The translations under genes were made by a program, and so were the position numbers. Under the pieces are notes generated by a model that had not been told where the DNA came from, did not search any database, and saw only the letters and a list, made by a program, of their open reading frames with translations. Positions 37,455-49,926 of a DNA stretch of 64,000 nt are shown piece after piece (the first letter of the stretch is position 1; each line of letters starts with the position of its first letter). This DNA comes from Neodothiora populina. Lineage: Eukaryota. Location: NCBI RefSeq assembly GCF_041146345.1, contig NW_027191402.1, positions 868,001 through 932,000 of the forward strand. Direction: 5' to 3'.

Positions 37455-40322
37455 GGGCTCGCATCTGGCATGGGAGGGGGAAAAATTGTAACGGCGGCGG
37501 ATGCACAGCAAGGTACAGATTAATTAACTGGTTACGGGCCGATGCGTTGTTTTGGCTGGCACACTTTCTGCACTTTCGCTCTCTTCTGCAAAGCAAATGC
37601 AGCTGTCTTATCGCTACTGTGCTACTGTTACTGTGTTTTCGTGCCGATGTCCAACTGTCGCTGTACTCGTCCCTGTATGCGTAGTGTATTTTATTTTATT
37701 TTGCTGCGAATCAAGAGCGAGAGATGTGCTGCTAGTTGCGATTGATATTTTCAAAGGGGGAGTGCACGTGTTGTGTCAGTGACGGTATGATTCGCGCACA
37801 ACGCAGCAAGATGGAAAGCCGTAAAGCGTCCTTGGGGCTTCGCCCTGACCCAACGAATCAAATGACGTTACGACTCCATGACTCCCCGAAGATAAACCCA
37901 CCTCACTTGAGCCAACCCCATTCAAGCTTTAATCCATACTAGTCGTCGACGAATTATTCTTCCACGCATGACGCCGACTGTAGACTAGTGGTCTAGTATA
38001 CCTTCTCCCCTGTTGATTAGTATTGTCCTGTCGCGGTAGGTCAGTTGCAACGTGGACTGTAGTGCCTGGCTGTTACGTTCGAATCGCGATTACGCAGGTT
38101 TGTGCGACCTTACGACAGTCTTACTGGTTGTCCTCCCACACATGCTCGGTCGGTCTTGACTTTAGAGATTTCACGCCCGATACTTGAGTGTCCACAGCAA
38201 ATATCCACAATCCGGGCCACATGGGTACCTTACACCAGTCATTGCTGCGATGCAGAGTCCATCGCACAAAGAGTGTGTCACCCGTGAGCTGTTGGCTTGA
38301 TCTTCTGGCTCTACTATAGAGAAACGTACTATATGTCAGGCAGCAAACATGAAATTGCCGACGTGTCAGATCATGATTACTTGCACCTATGTTCTTGGAG
38401 TCCCGGGCAAAGCTACCTACAGTACATTCATACATACAGATCTAGCCGATCAATGTCTTGATCTGCCGATGTACAATAATCGGTGTGGCTTCTGATGCAA
38501 TTCCTAATATGATAACCAAGTGGAAACCACTTTTAGTAATAATACAGTCCATATGGACTTCACCATGACAACGATAATGCTTGGGCTTGACAAAATTGCT
38601 GGCATTGACGGAGCACACTTATAGCACACTATGCTTGTACGACTGAGGAACCGCTGGCTGCCAAAAGGTACTCATCACCTGTGTATTCCTCCGGAGCCTC
38701 ATCACTGACCCACGGATCTACATTGCATAACTCTCACCTTTTCTTTACATACAAATCTCAAATTTCAATGCAGGCAAGGTCTCAGAGTAGCAGACCGTAC
38801 TCCACGACCGTGTATTGCGGGCAGTGTAGGTACAATTCGGGACAAATCTATCTCCGGACCCAAAACATCTCGGCTTGGCAGGGTATGACAGTAACCTCAT
38901 CGTCCCATATCGCACTCCACACGTGCCGAGATATCTGCACGAGCCCTCATGCATCGATCTATGCGAGACGCTTCCACGCGGCAGACAACGCTATATCCGG
39001 CTATGTAAGCAACTGGTTCAGACATCTTATGTTTTCTCTTACGATGTGTTCATCCGGTAGTGTATCCCGAATGCGACAGTATAACATGATCTAGACATAT
39101 CATTTCTGCAAATGCATATGCAAGGCCTACGGCTTTAATGTCAATATGAAAATTGAAAGCTCAGGCATAGGGTGGCACGAGTACTGTAGGCACAAGTAAG
39201 ACACACAACTCCTAGCGGGGCAACCGTGGCAGGAGGCTATTGTAGGAAGGTTGACACACCCCCGGTGACCGATTGGTGAATCTGGCAAAGTAGCATGTAC
39301 AACAAGGCGAAATAAAGATGAGAAAAGCAGCCAGTCAGAGCAGACCAGGCAGGGAAGTGGCACTTGTGTTTCGAACACTTGGGCAATTTAGGTTGCACAT
39401 TTAGCTGGATAATGATAGCTAATAGGGTAAATGATCATCAAGGTTCGCGATTGGTGTTTCACGGGACTTGAACGGTCCACAAATTCAACGAGCCTCAGCT
39501 TCTGGAAAAGCGTGGCACAGATATGGTCAAGTGTACAGGTAGTGGCGAGGAAGAAGGCTTGATGAACCGCACGGGTGCTTGTCTGTCCCCTTTGGATGTT
39601 CTCGACTCGGCAGTCCTAGTAGAGTGGATTCTCATGCCCGTCCGGCACACGCGCCGCGCATATGCAACAGCCTTCAGGAGGCTTTATTAACCATAATAGT
39701 GTGTTGTTGTCATTATCATCAACCACGCTTGGGTGTGTACAGTACCTTGGCCTCGACCCTCGCGACCCTTCGCTCTTCTCCGATCCCCATTTCGCGAAGT
39801 CGTCGTCTCCCCGCAACCCTCTTTTCCCACGACTTTATTGATGGTTCACTTGGACGAGGCAATACGAACCAAACGACTTTTTCCTTTCTACACGCCCGTT
39901 GGCAACGCTAAACGTCTTCTGACAAGTAACGCTCCTCCACGAACCGCGCGTGGAGTCTTGTTTCTCTTGTCCCTTGGGACTTTATTATATCATCTCAGCC
40001 GTGCGTCGCATGTGCATGAACCATCCCACACTTCTGGGGGAACTTCGCTACTTGTACAGTGAGTCGTCGAGTGGTGTTACGGTACCTTACAGGACCCCCC
40101 TGCTGGACCGACACAGAACAAGCCAACAAGCATTGCGCCGACGTTAGCGTCGCGGCTGCATGGAAAACAGAGCGACAGCAAAACGTGTGTGTGTGTTTTC
40201 AATTAATCCCACGAGAGCAGCCCAAGTCCAAATAAATACTCTGTAGACTGCTCCCCGCCCGAGACTGGAACCTACCACAAGGAGCTCTCGCCCGAGGGCC
40301 TTCTTTATTTTGAGCGTCTTCG

Positions 40323-43300
40323 ATGATGGATGCAATGTCGCAGCCAGGATCTCCGGCTGCTCGTTCATCTCATCGGCCCTCAATCGGCGGCATCAAGACA
40401 CCTCGGAGTTCGAGTCGCATGAGCGTTGCCTCTTCTCGACACAGCATTGCAGGACCTGGTGCCTTAGCGAGCAGATCTTCGGATGAGGACTCAAAGACAG
40501 CAGTCAAAGTCGGTATGAAGCCATCGATAGATCCCTATAACATCCCAAAGCATATGGCCATGCGCCAGCCAGGGTGATGTAGCATGGGATTTTTGTTTCT
40601 GATATTGTCGCAGCTATTCGAGTGCGTCCGCCGCTCAACCCCAGCGATCCCGGGTTTGAGCTTATACCTCAACGATTCCGACATTCAACATGCGAGGTTC
40701 CATCGCCTACGAACCTCATCGTGGCTTCACCGCAGGGCAAGAAGCTTTTCGTCTTCGACCGGGTGTTTGATGAGGACACCAATCAAGAGGGCGTCTGGAA
40801 CTACCTAAGTGACAGTGTCAACTCTTTCGTTCAGGGTTACAATGTCTCGATTCTCGCCTACGGACAATCTGGCGCTGGCAAGTCGTATACCATGGGCACT
40901 GCTGGCTCGGAACAAGTGCTTGATTCGAGCGGGGCAGGTGAGTTTCTTCGCTCCCTACGCTCCTTCCTACTTTTGCTCCTGCTCCTTCCACTTTACTGGC
41001 CGCAACTTCCCAAATCAAACCATGCTCGTGACGTGCCTTCTCGCTAACAATCGAAACTCCAGGTGTCATCCCCCGCGCTGCCCAACTTCTATTCGAAAAG
41101 CTCCAGGGCCCTTCACCGCCAAAATCAGGACTCCGATCACCACAGAGATACTCTAGCCATGGTATACCTGCATTCTCGCCCATGCACAAACAGCAGCCGA
41201 GTTTGGAGAAAGATTGGCAACTCAAGGCTACATACGTAGAGATCTACAATGAACAGCTGCGCGATCTTCTTGTACCGGAAACCGTGCCCCAAGGAGAAAG
41301 ACCACAGGTCTCGATACGGGAGGACACCAAGGGTCGTATTCTGCTCACTGGCTTGACCTCCATCCCGGTGAACTCAGTAGACGATTTGCTGCATGCACTC
41401 CACTTTGGCTCTGCTATAAGACAGACCGACGCCACTGCGATCAATGCCAAATCTTCGCGTTCCCACGCAGTCTTCAGTCTGAATCTCATCCAGAAGAAGG
41501 GATCCAACATCAAGGACAGGCGTCTCTCGGCTCCTCTAGAATCCATGACCAATCAGGAATCGTCCAGTGTGACCATCGACAGCAAGCTGCATTTCGTCGA
41601 TCTTGCTGGTAGTGAGAGATTGAAGAACACTGGCGCTCAAGGCGAGAGAGCCCGAGAGGGAATCTCCATCAATGCCGGTCTCGCCAGTCTCGGAAAAGTT
41701 ATTTCTCAGCTCTCTTCTCGACACCCCGGCGGATATGTTTCTTATCGTGACTCTCGCCTGACTCGCCTGCTGCAAGATTCTCTGGGTGGCAACGCCATCA
41801 CATACATGGTGGCGTGCGTGACCCCGGCCGAGTTTCATCTCAGTGAGACTCTGAACACCGTGACATACGCTCAGCGCGCTCGCGCCATTCAGAGCAAGCC
41901 TGAGATCCAGCAGACCCACGAAGACAAGGACAGTGGAGCCAAGCTTGAACGACTACAGGCCGAAGTTGCGTTTCTGCGCGACCAGATCAAGCATGAGAGA
42001 TCGTCTGAAGAGCGCAATCCATCGAGCGGTGACCCTCTCAGCGCGCGTCGCGAAAAAGAACTACAAGACCAGCTCTTGGATATGCAAGAGAGCTATAACG
42101 CGCTCAGCCAACGACATGCCAAACTCATTGCCGAGATAGCCAGAGCCAGAGATGACCACGACGAAGAAATGCCAACGGTGCGTGATGCCATTGGCGAGAG
42201 CGCTATGGAACGACTCAAGCGCTCAAATTCACTTTCGCAGGCTGTTGAACAGGTCGTTGTTGAGTACGAGAAGACAATACAGAGCCTGGAGACTTCTCTT
42301 TCCAACACGAGAGCGACGTTGTCCAACAGCGAAAGTGTCTTGATGGAACGCGAATCTAAGATCGCATACATGGAGAGCCTCGCTCAGCAACTTCAATCCC
42401 GACTCCAGAAGACTTCCGACCGCGAGAGCAATAACGACGCATATCTTCGTGAATTGGAGGCCCAGATCGAAGGCGCGACATCTAGTGAGGAAAAATCGGC
42501 GTCTCTGGTCGCATCTCTCCGCAAAGAACTCTCCCGTATCAAAGACAACGAGTCGAACGCCGAAGAGTACATCTCAACCCTTGAGGAGCGACTTGCAGAA
42601 GCCGAGCAGGACCAAGAGATCATGCAGCGCGAAATTGACAGGCTCGAGCAAGTTATACAGAGACAGCGAAGCATCGGTCGTTTGGACAATCTACTTGCTG
42701 ATCTCGATGGCATCAGGCAACGGGAAGTCGATACGAAGGCTGCTGGTCTTAAGCCCATCAACGGACATTCTGACGACAGCGACCCAAGCAATGACGCCAC
42801 CAACGGAGAGATTCGTGAACAATCCGAGGAGAGAGAGGTCTCACCCACCGGTGATGTGATACCTGAGGAAGATACAGACGATGTCGAGGAACGTCAAAGT
42901 GACAACCCGCAATTGAAAGTCTTTGAATCTCAGGGAGCGTCAGGCGAACGCCCTGTATCGCATGAAGAACAGTCAAGCTTCATGGCCGACAAGCTCGAAT
43001 CGACCATGCAGGAGCTGTTCGACCTAAGAGGCGAGCACGAAGCCACAATCAACGAGAAACACGATCTTCAACGGAAGTATGAAGTTGCTTTGCAGACACT
43101 TGCAAAGCTCCAGGAGGAACAACAGAGCCAGAGCTCGGCCGAACCAAGCCGGCCACAATCTTTTTTAGGACACGCGGGGGTGAACATCAACGCCATGGTG
43201 GAAGGACAAGGACCGACATCATCCTCGCGTTCATTGGAGTCGGAATTGTCTTCCTCGCTGCAGGGTTCGCATACTTTGACAGACGAATTAAACACAAACA

Positions 43301-46074
43301 CGGAGATGTCTACGGAGGTAGCATCTGATTCGGAGGGCGACCATCATACGTCGGAAGTGGACGCGACTAACATTCCACTTCCCGAAGACTCGGAGCATGC
43401 GGAGCATGACGAGGTGTCGATGGAACTCGAATCTTTGCGAAAGCTACATACTGAGCAACAGGATCGAGTGAGAGAGTTGACAGCTAGCTATGATCGATTA
43501 CAACAAAATCACCGGAGCACACTTAGTCAAGTCGAGGACCTTAACAAGGAACTATCGAGAATGAGCAACGCTCTCCGCCCTTCATCGCCACATTCGCCTG
43601 GATTGAGATCGCCTACGCTTCGGCGCAAATTGTCACAAGATCTCGTGTCCTCGATGACCAACAATGATCGTACGACTAGGTCTTTTGCTTCCTTGAGGAA
43701 CCTTGCACTGGATAATTTTGAAGAGAACATTGATGCACGCCAAAATTTCGAACTTCACCTCAACACCATCATGGCTGATCTTCATGACCGCAACAGGAGG
43801 GTCGAGGCGCTTGATGGCGAGTTACAAAGCATGAGGAAAGACATCGAGACCAACCAGAAAATCATCACCGGCTTGACGAGGGAGAGAAGTTCTTTACAAG
43901 CCAGTTCTGGTGTTGACCTCACCGTGGTTGGGCAGATGCAAAGTCAATTGGAGTATAGCGAGCAACAATTACGCTTCTTCCAGGAGATGCACGCGAACAA
44001 GGAAAGGGAGTGGCAAAACACACTCGTAGACATGAAGGTGCAGCTCAGGCAAAGCATGCACATTCCTGTAAGCCCAGCGGGTACCGATTCAGGAACAGCT
44101 GGTCTCGACTCGCAGATTGCTCAGCTACAAGCGGAGTTATCTGATTGGGAGACAAGACACAACGCTGCTATGACCTCCATGAAAGCGTCCGAGGCGGCCC
44201 TGCTCGCAACTATCGCAGCTCTGGAAGCTTCGAAGAAGCACGCCGAGCAGGATGCTCACGAAATCAGCGACCGCTATGAACACGCCGCGTCTTCCTTCGG
44301 CAAGGAGCGCGCCATTAATGAGAAGGTTGTCGGCGAGCTCAGGAAAAAGGTTGCTGAGTATCAATCTGCCAATGAGGCGCATGAGGAGCATCTGTCTAAG
44401 CTCGAGGACTCACATGCCGCTATCCTTCAGCAAGTCGAGGAGCAAAGCAAATCCAAGGCACTCGTAGAGAGAGATCTGAAGATGCATCGGGAGCTGGTAT
44501 CGAACTTAGAGAGTCAACTCGATAGCCATAAAGCCACGATCGCCGTCCACGAGGCCAACCTGGAGAACATTCTTAGCAACCTGAAGAACAGCCACACATC
44601 AGAGATCGAGAGGATGCGTGAGGAAGCACAGGCTGCTGAGAAAGAAGCGAGTGACCGACATGCGTTGCTCCTCGAGCAGCACAGTGTCGCTATGCGAGAA
44701 CTTGAGGAACAACACAAGACTGTGCTGTCAGCTCTGCAGCAAGACCTGAGTCGCAAACAAGAGGATCTTGAAGAGCTTCTGAACAGCGCCTCGGCTGTAC
44801 TGGGACATGAGACTGATGTCGGTAGATTCCAGGGTCACCTTCACGACGCATTCCAACGTCGTGGTTTCCATGATGTCAACGAGTGGCAAGAAAAACATGC
44901 CCGAGCAATTGCCGATGGCGACGCTACACAGAAGGAGCTTCAAGAAACTGTCGCCAAGTGCAATGCTCTGGAGAGCAAGTTGAATGAGATGGCTGCCATC
45001 AACGACAAGACCTTGCAGGACCTTGAAATTGCTGCCCAGGATGGAGTCAAGAAGGCGCATCTCATAGAAGAACTCGAGGACCAAATCACGAACAACTTTG
45101 ATCGACACGAAGCAGCGACCAAGAGACTCTCTGCCATGGAGGGGAGACAGGCTGAGCTGGAGGAGTCCTTGCGTGTGAGGAGGCAATTGGAAAAGGAGCT
45201 TGAGGATGCTCGTGCGAAGTTATCGATGTTGGAGTCACCAGATGCGCGTCATCGATCGCTGGCATCCACATCACGAGAATCGTTTGGTCGTGACAGTACG
45301 TTGACATTCAACCGCGACTCCTTGTCGCCAGAGGCAGCAGCTATAGCCCTCGCGCGCACATCCACTGCTGGGTCTCTGCACAACGTCCCCAGCAATCCCA
45401 ACGCTCGTCCGCGTTCCAACCACAATGGAGCCACTGGTCAGCCTACTACAGCGCTGCCTTCACCTCCTCCTGCCATTCCTTTGCCTCCTCTGCCAGGAAG
45501 CCCGCCCCTTGGCTCGAATAGTCCAAAGCTTAACCATCATTCCTCCATAGATGCTCGCGCTGCATCCCCAAGCGGTATGACATCAAAGAGTCGCAGTCCG
45601 CCAGGAACACCTCAATCACCATTCCCACCATCGTCGACTTTTGCTGGCCTGCCACCCTTCCCACCTCCTCCGCACTCTTCGATGCCAAGCGCTCTCCCTG
45701 ACCCAGCTCTGCAAGCCAAGTTAGACGAGCAAGATTCCCGTCTACGCACGTTGGAGAAGCACCTCTTCGCTGAGAAGCAGCTGACCGCAACCTTGGAAGA
45801 AGCCCTCGTCGACCTCGAAAACAGCACCAACAAGCACAAAGTCGACAGCGATGCCTTCAAGCGTCGCTGCAAGGAGCTCGAGGACGAACTTGTGGGACTA
45901 CGCAAGGAAAGAACGAATTCACGAGCCAGTCTACAGCAGGTCGAGGAAGAGCGTGAGATGAGGTTGAGAGCCGAGCGTGCGAGAACAGCGCTCGAGGAAC
46001 GCATGAAGGAGCTGAACAACATGAATGGAGCCGGTAAAAAGAAGAAGAAGGGCGGTGCGCTGAATTGTTTTTAG
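40323..46074 (+). CDS. Kinesin motor with long coiled-coil tail (kinesin-4/KIF21-like), 3 exons
   Basis: VKVAIRVRPPL, P-loop GQSGAGKSYTMG, NAKSSRSHAVF, FVDLAGSERL, YRDSRLTRLLQDSLGGN. Introns 40513-40613 and 40938-41062. Confidence 0.93.
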
Positions 46075-46103
46075 AAGAGGCAAAAGAAAATGCATGTTTG
46101 CTT

Positions 46104-46159
46104 GGGAGGCCGGATGCTTGGGGGGGGGGGGGGTGGGGGAAACTGGGCGCTGGAGGGGG
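46104..46159 (+). repeat. G-run cluster (G14, G5, G3, G5) just downstream of the kinesin stop
   Basis: G14 at 46120-46133, G5 at 46135-46139, GGG at 46145-46147, G5 at 46155-46159. Confidence 0.8.
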
Positions 46160-47644
46160 CCTGGTGTTACGCTTCTGGCTGTACTTTTCACTTCTCTTCC
46201 TCCTTTTTTTCTCATTCTGTTGCATTTCATTCAGGAACCTCTCTTGAGCGTCTTGTACTATACCTTCTTGTTTCTCTTTGCTTTTTTGTTCTTCTGAACT
46301 ATTTGGTGATTCCCAATGAGCGTTCCGAGACGGAGGTCGTACATAGTGTATCATTGGTAGATTAAGACCTCGTACACTCACACATATACTCTTGCAGGAA
46401 TCAAAAGAAGGTTGCGAGACTCTTGCTCAGTATTTGCGCACTCACTCCGAGTCTTGAAATCTGTTCCTATACGGCTGTCACTTATGCTACATTACTTGCC
46501 CTCTAGTTGATCGATTGCCTGATTTAGTTCATCTTTTGTGCAGCTGTATCAGAGATATCTTAGGATTATTCGGAGTCGAATCGTGTTAGTCAATCAGCGA
46601 GATGTATTATCACGATACTTTGAGGTCATCTGTGAGCAGTATTTTAAGGCATTGGCGGATTGTGGTCACAATATAGCCGACCATTGAAGAAGTACCGGGC
46701 TGTGCACGCCCCCGCATTGATCCTTCGTTCGTCTGCTGCAGTAGCTCGTTTCAGCCTCATCTCAATCTGGGTCTGTCTCAACGCTACGAGTCAAACAAAG
46801 ATCTTTTTCTTATCGTTGACAACAAGATTAGAGCATATACAGTCGAAGTTCATAGGCAAAGCAAGAGGGAAAAGTTAAAACCACTCTACTGATCCGTGCC
46901 TGCCTGGTTAGCGAGCTTTTTGCTCATGCATGGAACGCCTCGCCTTGTAGTCCCTCATATCCCTTCTCTCATATCGGTTGTTTGTGCAATTAGATGTGCT
47001 AGTGATGATTTTGTGGCTGCGGACGGCTCACGCTTCTGTTTGTACCGGATGTGTTTTTGCAATGCCTAGAGCAAAGCATCGCTTCGCTGTGGTCTGTCTG
47101 CCATGGATTTGCGATGAAACAGTCAATACTAAACAGGAACGCTGACACGTGAGAAGAACTACAAGAGGCAGCGCGAGAAAGGATCCGGGCCGTTGAGATT
47201 CGGTGATCAACTGGAGCCTGAAGCCGCAAGATTGGTTGCGACAACTCGACTCATACTAGTCTTTTGGTCCACGAGCTACTTCTAAGAACTGCATGCTGTG
47301 GCGCTTCGAAGATGAGCCACCATATGCATGCTGCGCTTCGCAGTCTCCAACAATAGACAGATGGTACCAAGAAACCAGACGGCTCGCGCTCTCTGTAGAT
47401 CCTACCGAATGGTGCCTCTCGAAGCTAGGGTACCTTGTCACTTGCCTTGTAGGCGTGCTGTCCATCTGCTCCATCAAGATGTAACAAATGAATAGCTCCT
47501 TCGCGCAGCCCATCTTCCATCCTTTCGTTTCGTACCTCGCTGTCTGTTTCACCGGTGATTTTCTGCGTTCCCACGTGCTCACACTCCGTCCTGAAATTTG
47601 TTTTCTTGACCCATACACTTCGTCGCTTTTCTTTCTCTCATTCC

Positions 47645-49510
47645 ATGTCTAGTGGTTACATACCCATAGCGCAAGACACGATGGAAGACAGGCAGAGGCA
47701 CGGCGATAAACACAGTGTTACTCCAGATTCAGAGGGTTTACAATTCGTCGGCCAGCAGCAAATCCCAGACAAGTTCGTCGTATCTCCGCGCCCGAATTCA
47801 AGTGAACACCCACAAGCCTTGATACCTGGATACTCGGGTGATGATGGTGTGCAGCCTGACCATGGATCCGCTTCTTACATTCCTGGACCGTATGGAGACA
47901 CCAAGGAGCCAGCTGTGTCGAGCAGGGAATCACAAGGCCGTAAGAGACGGTATCTAGGAATGCCTCTCTGGTTGCTCGTGTCTCTCATTGCACTTCTTGT
48001 AGTGATCATATTTGGCGCTGTGCTCGGAGGTGTGCTGGGTACGAGAAAGAATAGCAATAAAGATGCTGCAGATTCAGCAAATGCCACGACACCGTAAGTT
48101 CTCAATAAGAGAAAACCAGCGAACACATCAGATCCCAGACACATGTTGGATGACGAAGGGGAGTGACCAACAGCCCGCTTACCATACAACAGGTCGACAT
48201 CTGATAACAGCACAATATCTGGAAACGACACGACTCCGGTCAAGCAGCCAGATATGTTGCCCAAACCTCTTTCCGGAACAACCATGGCGACATTGAAGTC
48301 TGCAAATTCCGAGAACATGCTGTTATACTATCAAATGGCCAACAAATCGATTGTTGAGGCCTCATTTCCAGCATCGGCCTTCAACACTACCAGCATAGAC
48401 AACGTCAACATCACCACATTCAATTGGTCTTTGGTCACAAGCGATGCAGATATACGGACGCCGCTCACCGCAGTAATTTTGAACGAGACCCTCGGCAATA
48501 CCGTTGTGACGACCGTAAGTCAAGTCTTACTTGCTCGATGCCAACCTCTAGCCGAAGGGCGCATAGCAATCAGAAGATTTGGAGCGAAGATAGACTGACC
48601 CATCCGACCAGACACAAGTCTTCTATACGATTAGAGGCATTGTAAATTTTTCCAACCGAACCAATATCAATGCAGCATGGGTAGGATCTGCTGGGCTGTT
48701 TGGTGATGGGAAGAGTAGTGATGCCAGATTAGCCGAAGGCTCGTCAGCCCTCTGTGCTGTTGCAGATTCAACGCACATGCATGGCATGCGTCTCTACATA
48801 GGAGTACCGGATTCGCCGCTTCACATCCAGGAGGCTCAAATGAACACCGACGGCGATAACGCCTATATCTGGGGCTGGGCTACTGGTCGTTTCAGCGGTG
48901 ACTCTGGTTCGGGTATTGCCTGTACAGCGCGGGTCCAGGAAGGAGTACAGAGCACGATGGTCAACGTCTATTATAGGGACAGGAACACTGGGTTCCTGCA
49001 GAGGTCCTGGTACTCGTATTCGGATGACAATGATAATTCCAAATGGACCAACGGTATGTCTTTCGCTGCAACAACCACGATATCTCTCATCTTTCGATTC
49101 TAAACATTGCTGCATCTCCATTTGCCGTATCACATGTCATCACTCGCAGCCATGTTCAGTACGAATCCGTCCATCTTGTTCTCATCGCTTACACCAGTAT
49201 AGCTACAGCATCGTCAGTGAAGGTCCTGCAGAATGGAGGTATGGCCGGATCGGCAGACACTGCCAACATGGATTATGTCTACACCTCGACGGCGGGTGGC
49301 ATCGAACGACAAGACATCGACATTGGCTTGTCCAGCATGTGGAAGGCGACTCATGCCGACTTGGTTGCGCCTAATGTCACAAGCATGTATTCCTGGTACG
49401 CGCCAGGAGTGGGACCTGTGCTTGTCGTGCCCGCTGACGACGGGACTGGCATTCAAGCGCTGGTCTATGACGATAGTGGAGTCCTGCAGATGAACGCTAC
49501 ATTGGTCTGA
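47645..49510 (+). CDS. Type II membrane-anchored protein with fucose-specific-lectin-like beta-propeller ectodomain, 4 exons
   Basis: Disordered N-terminus, then RKRRYLG and TM LWLLVSLIALLVVIIFGAVLGGVLG, then repeats such as LLYYQ, TPLTAV..QVFY, MRLYIG, VNVYYRD..W with many NxS/T sites. Introns at about 48094-48210, 48515-48610 and 49054-49208 restore one frame. Confidence 0.7.
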
Positions 49511-49926
49511 GAAGCGAAGAAAGGTAATACATATGGTAAGTGTTGATGTGCGATGTTGGGAATGGGGCGGAAGCCTGGAATATAGGACTTGGTGCTTTTT
49601 AACGACTTGATAATGGCGGAAGCTGCACCGAGTGTCACGAAGGTATGCACTTTAGGACTCTTTGTATGACCGTGAGCGATAAATCTGCACTGTATTTCGA
49701 TGTTATGTTTTTCTTCTCGGCGTCTTTGCCATGGGTTTTGTGTATAGTCCTTTAGTGTTTAGTCAGTCCCATGCATCGACAAATTGATACATCAACAATA
49801 TTTTCAGTAATGCTTCAAAGTTCCACACTTCCTTTCGAGTGTCTGAAATCAAAACAAAGAGATTTTCTCCTCGCAACTTGAGAGAACAAAGGTAGCAGAA
49901 CGAGTAGATCGGGCTCTACCACTTCA

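Noticed and set aside
38300..39500. Protein-like broken frames between KCS1 and the kinesin
   Set aside because: No recognisable motif and multiple stops in all frames; cannot be told apart from promoter DNA by eye.
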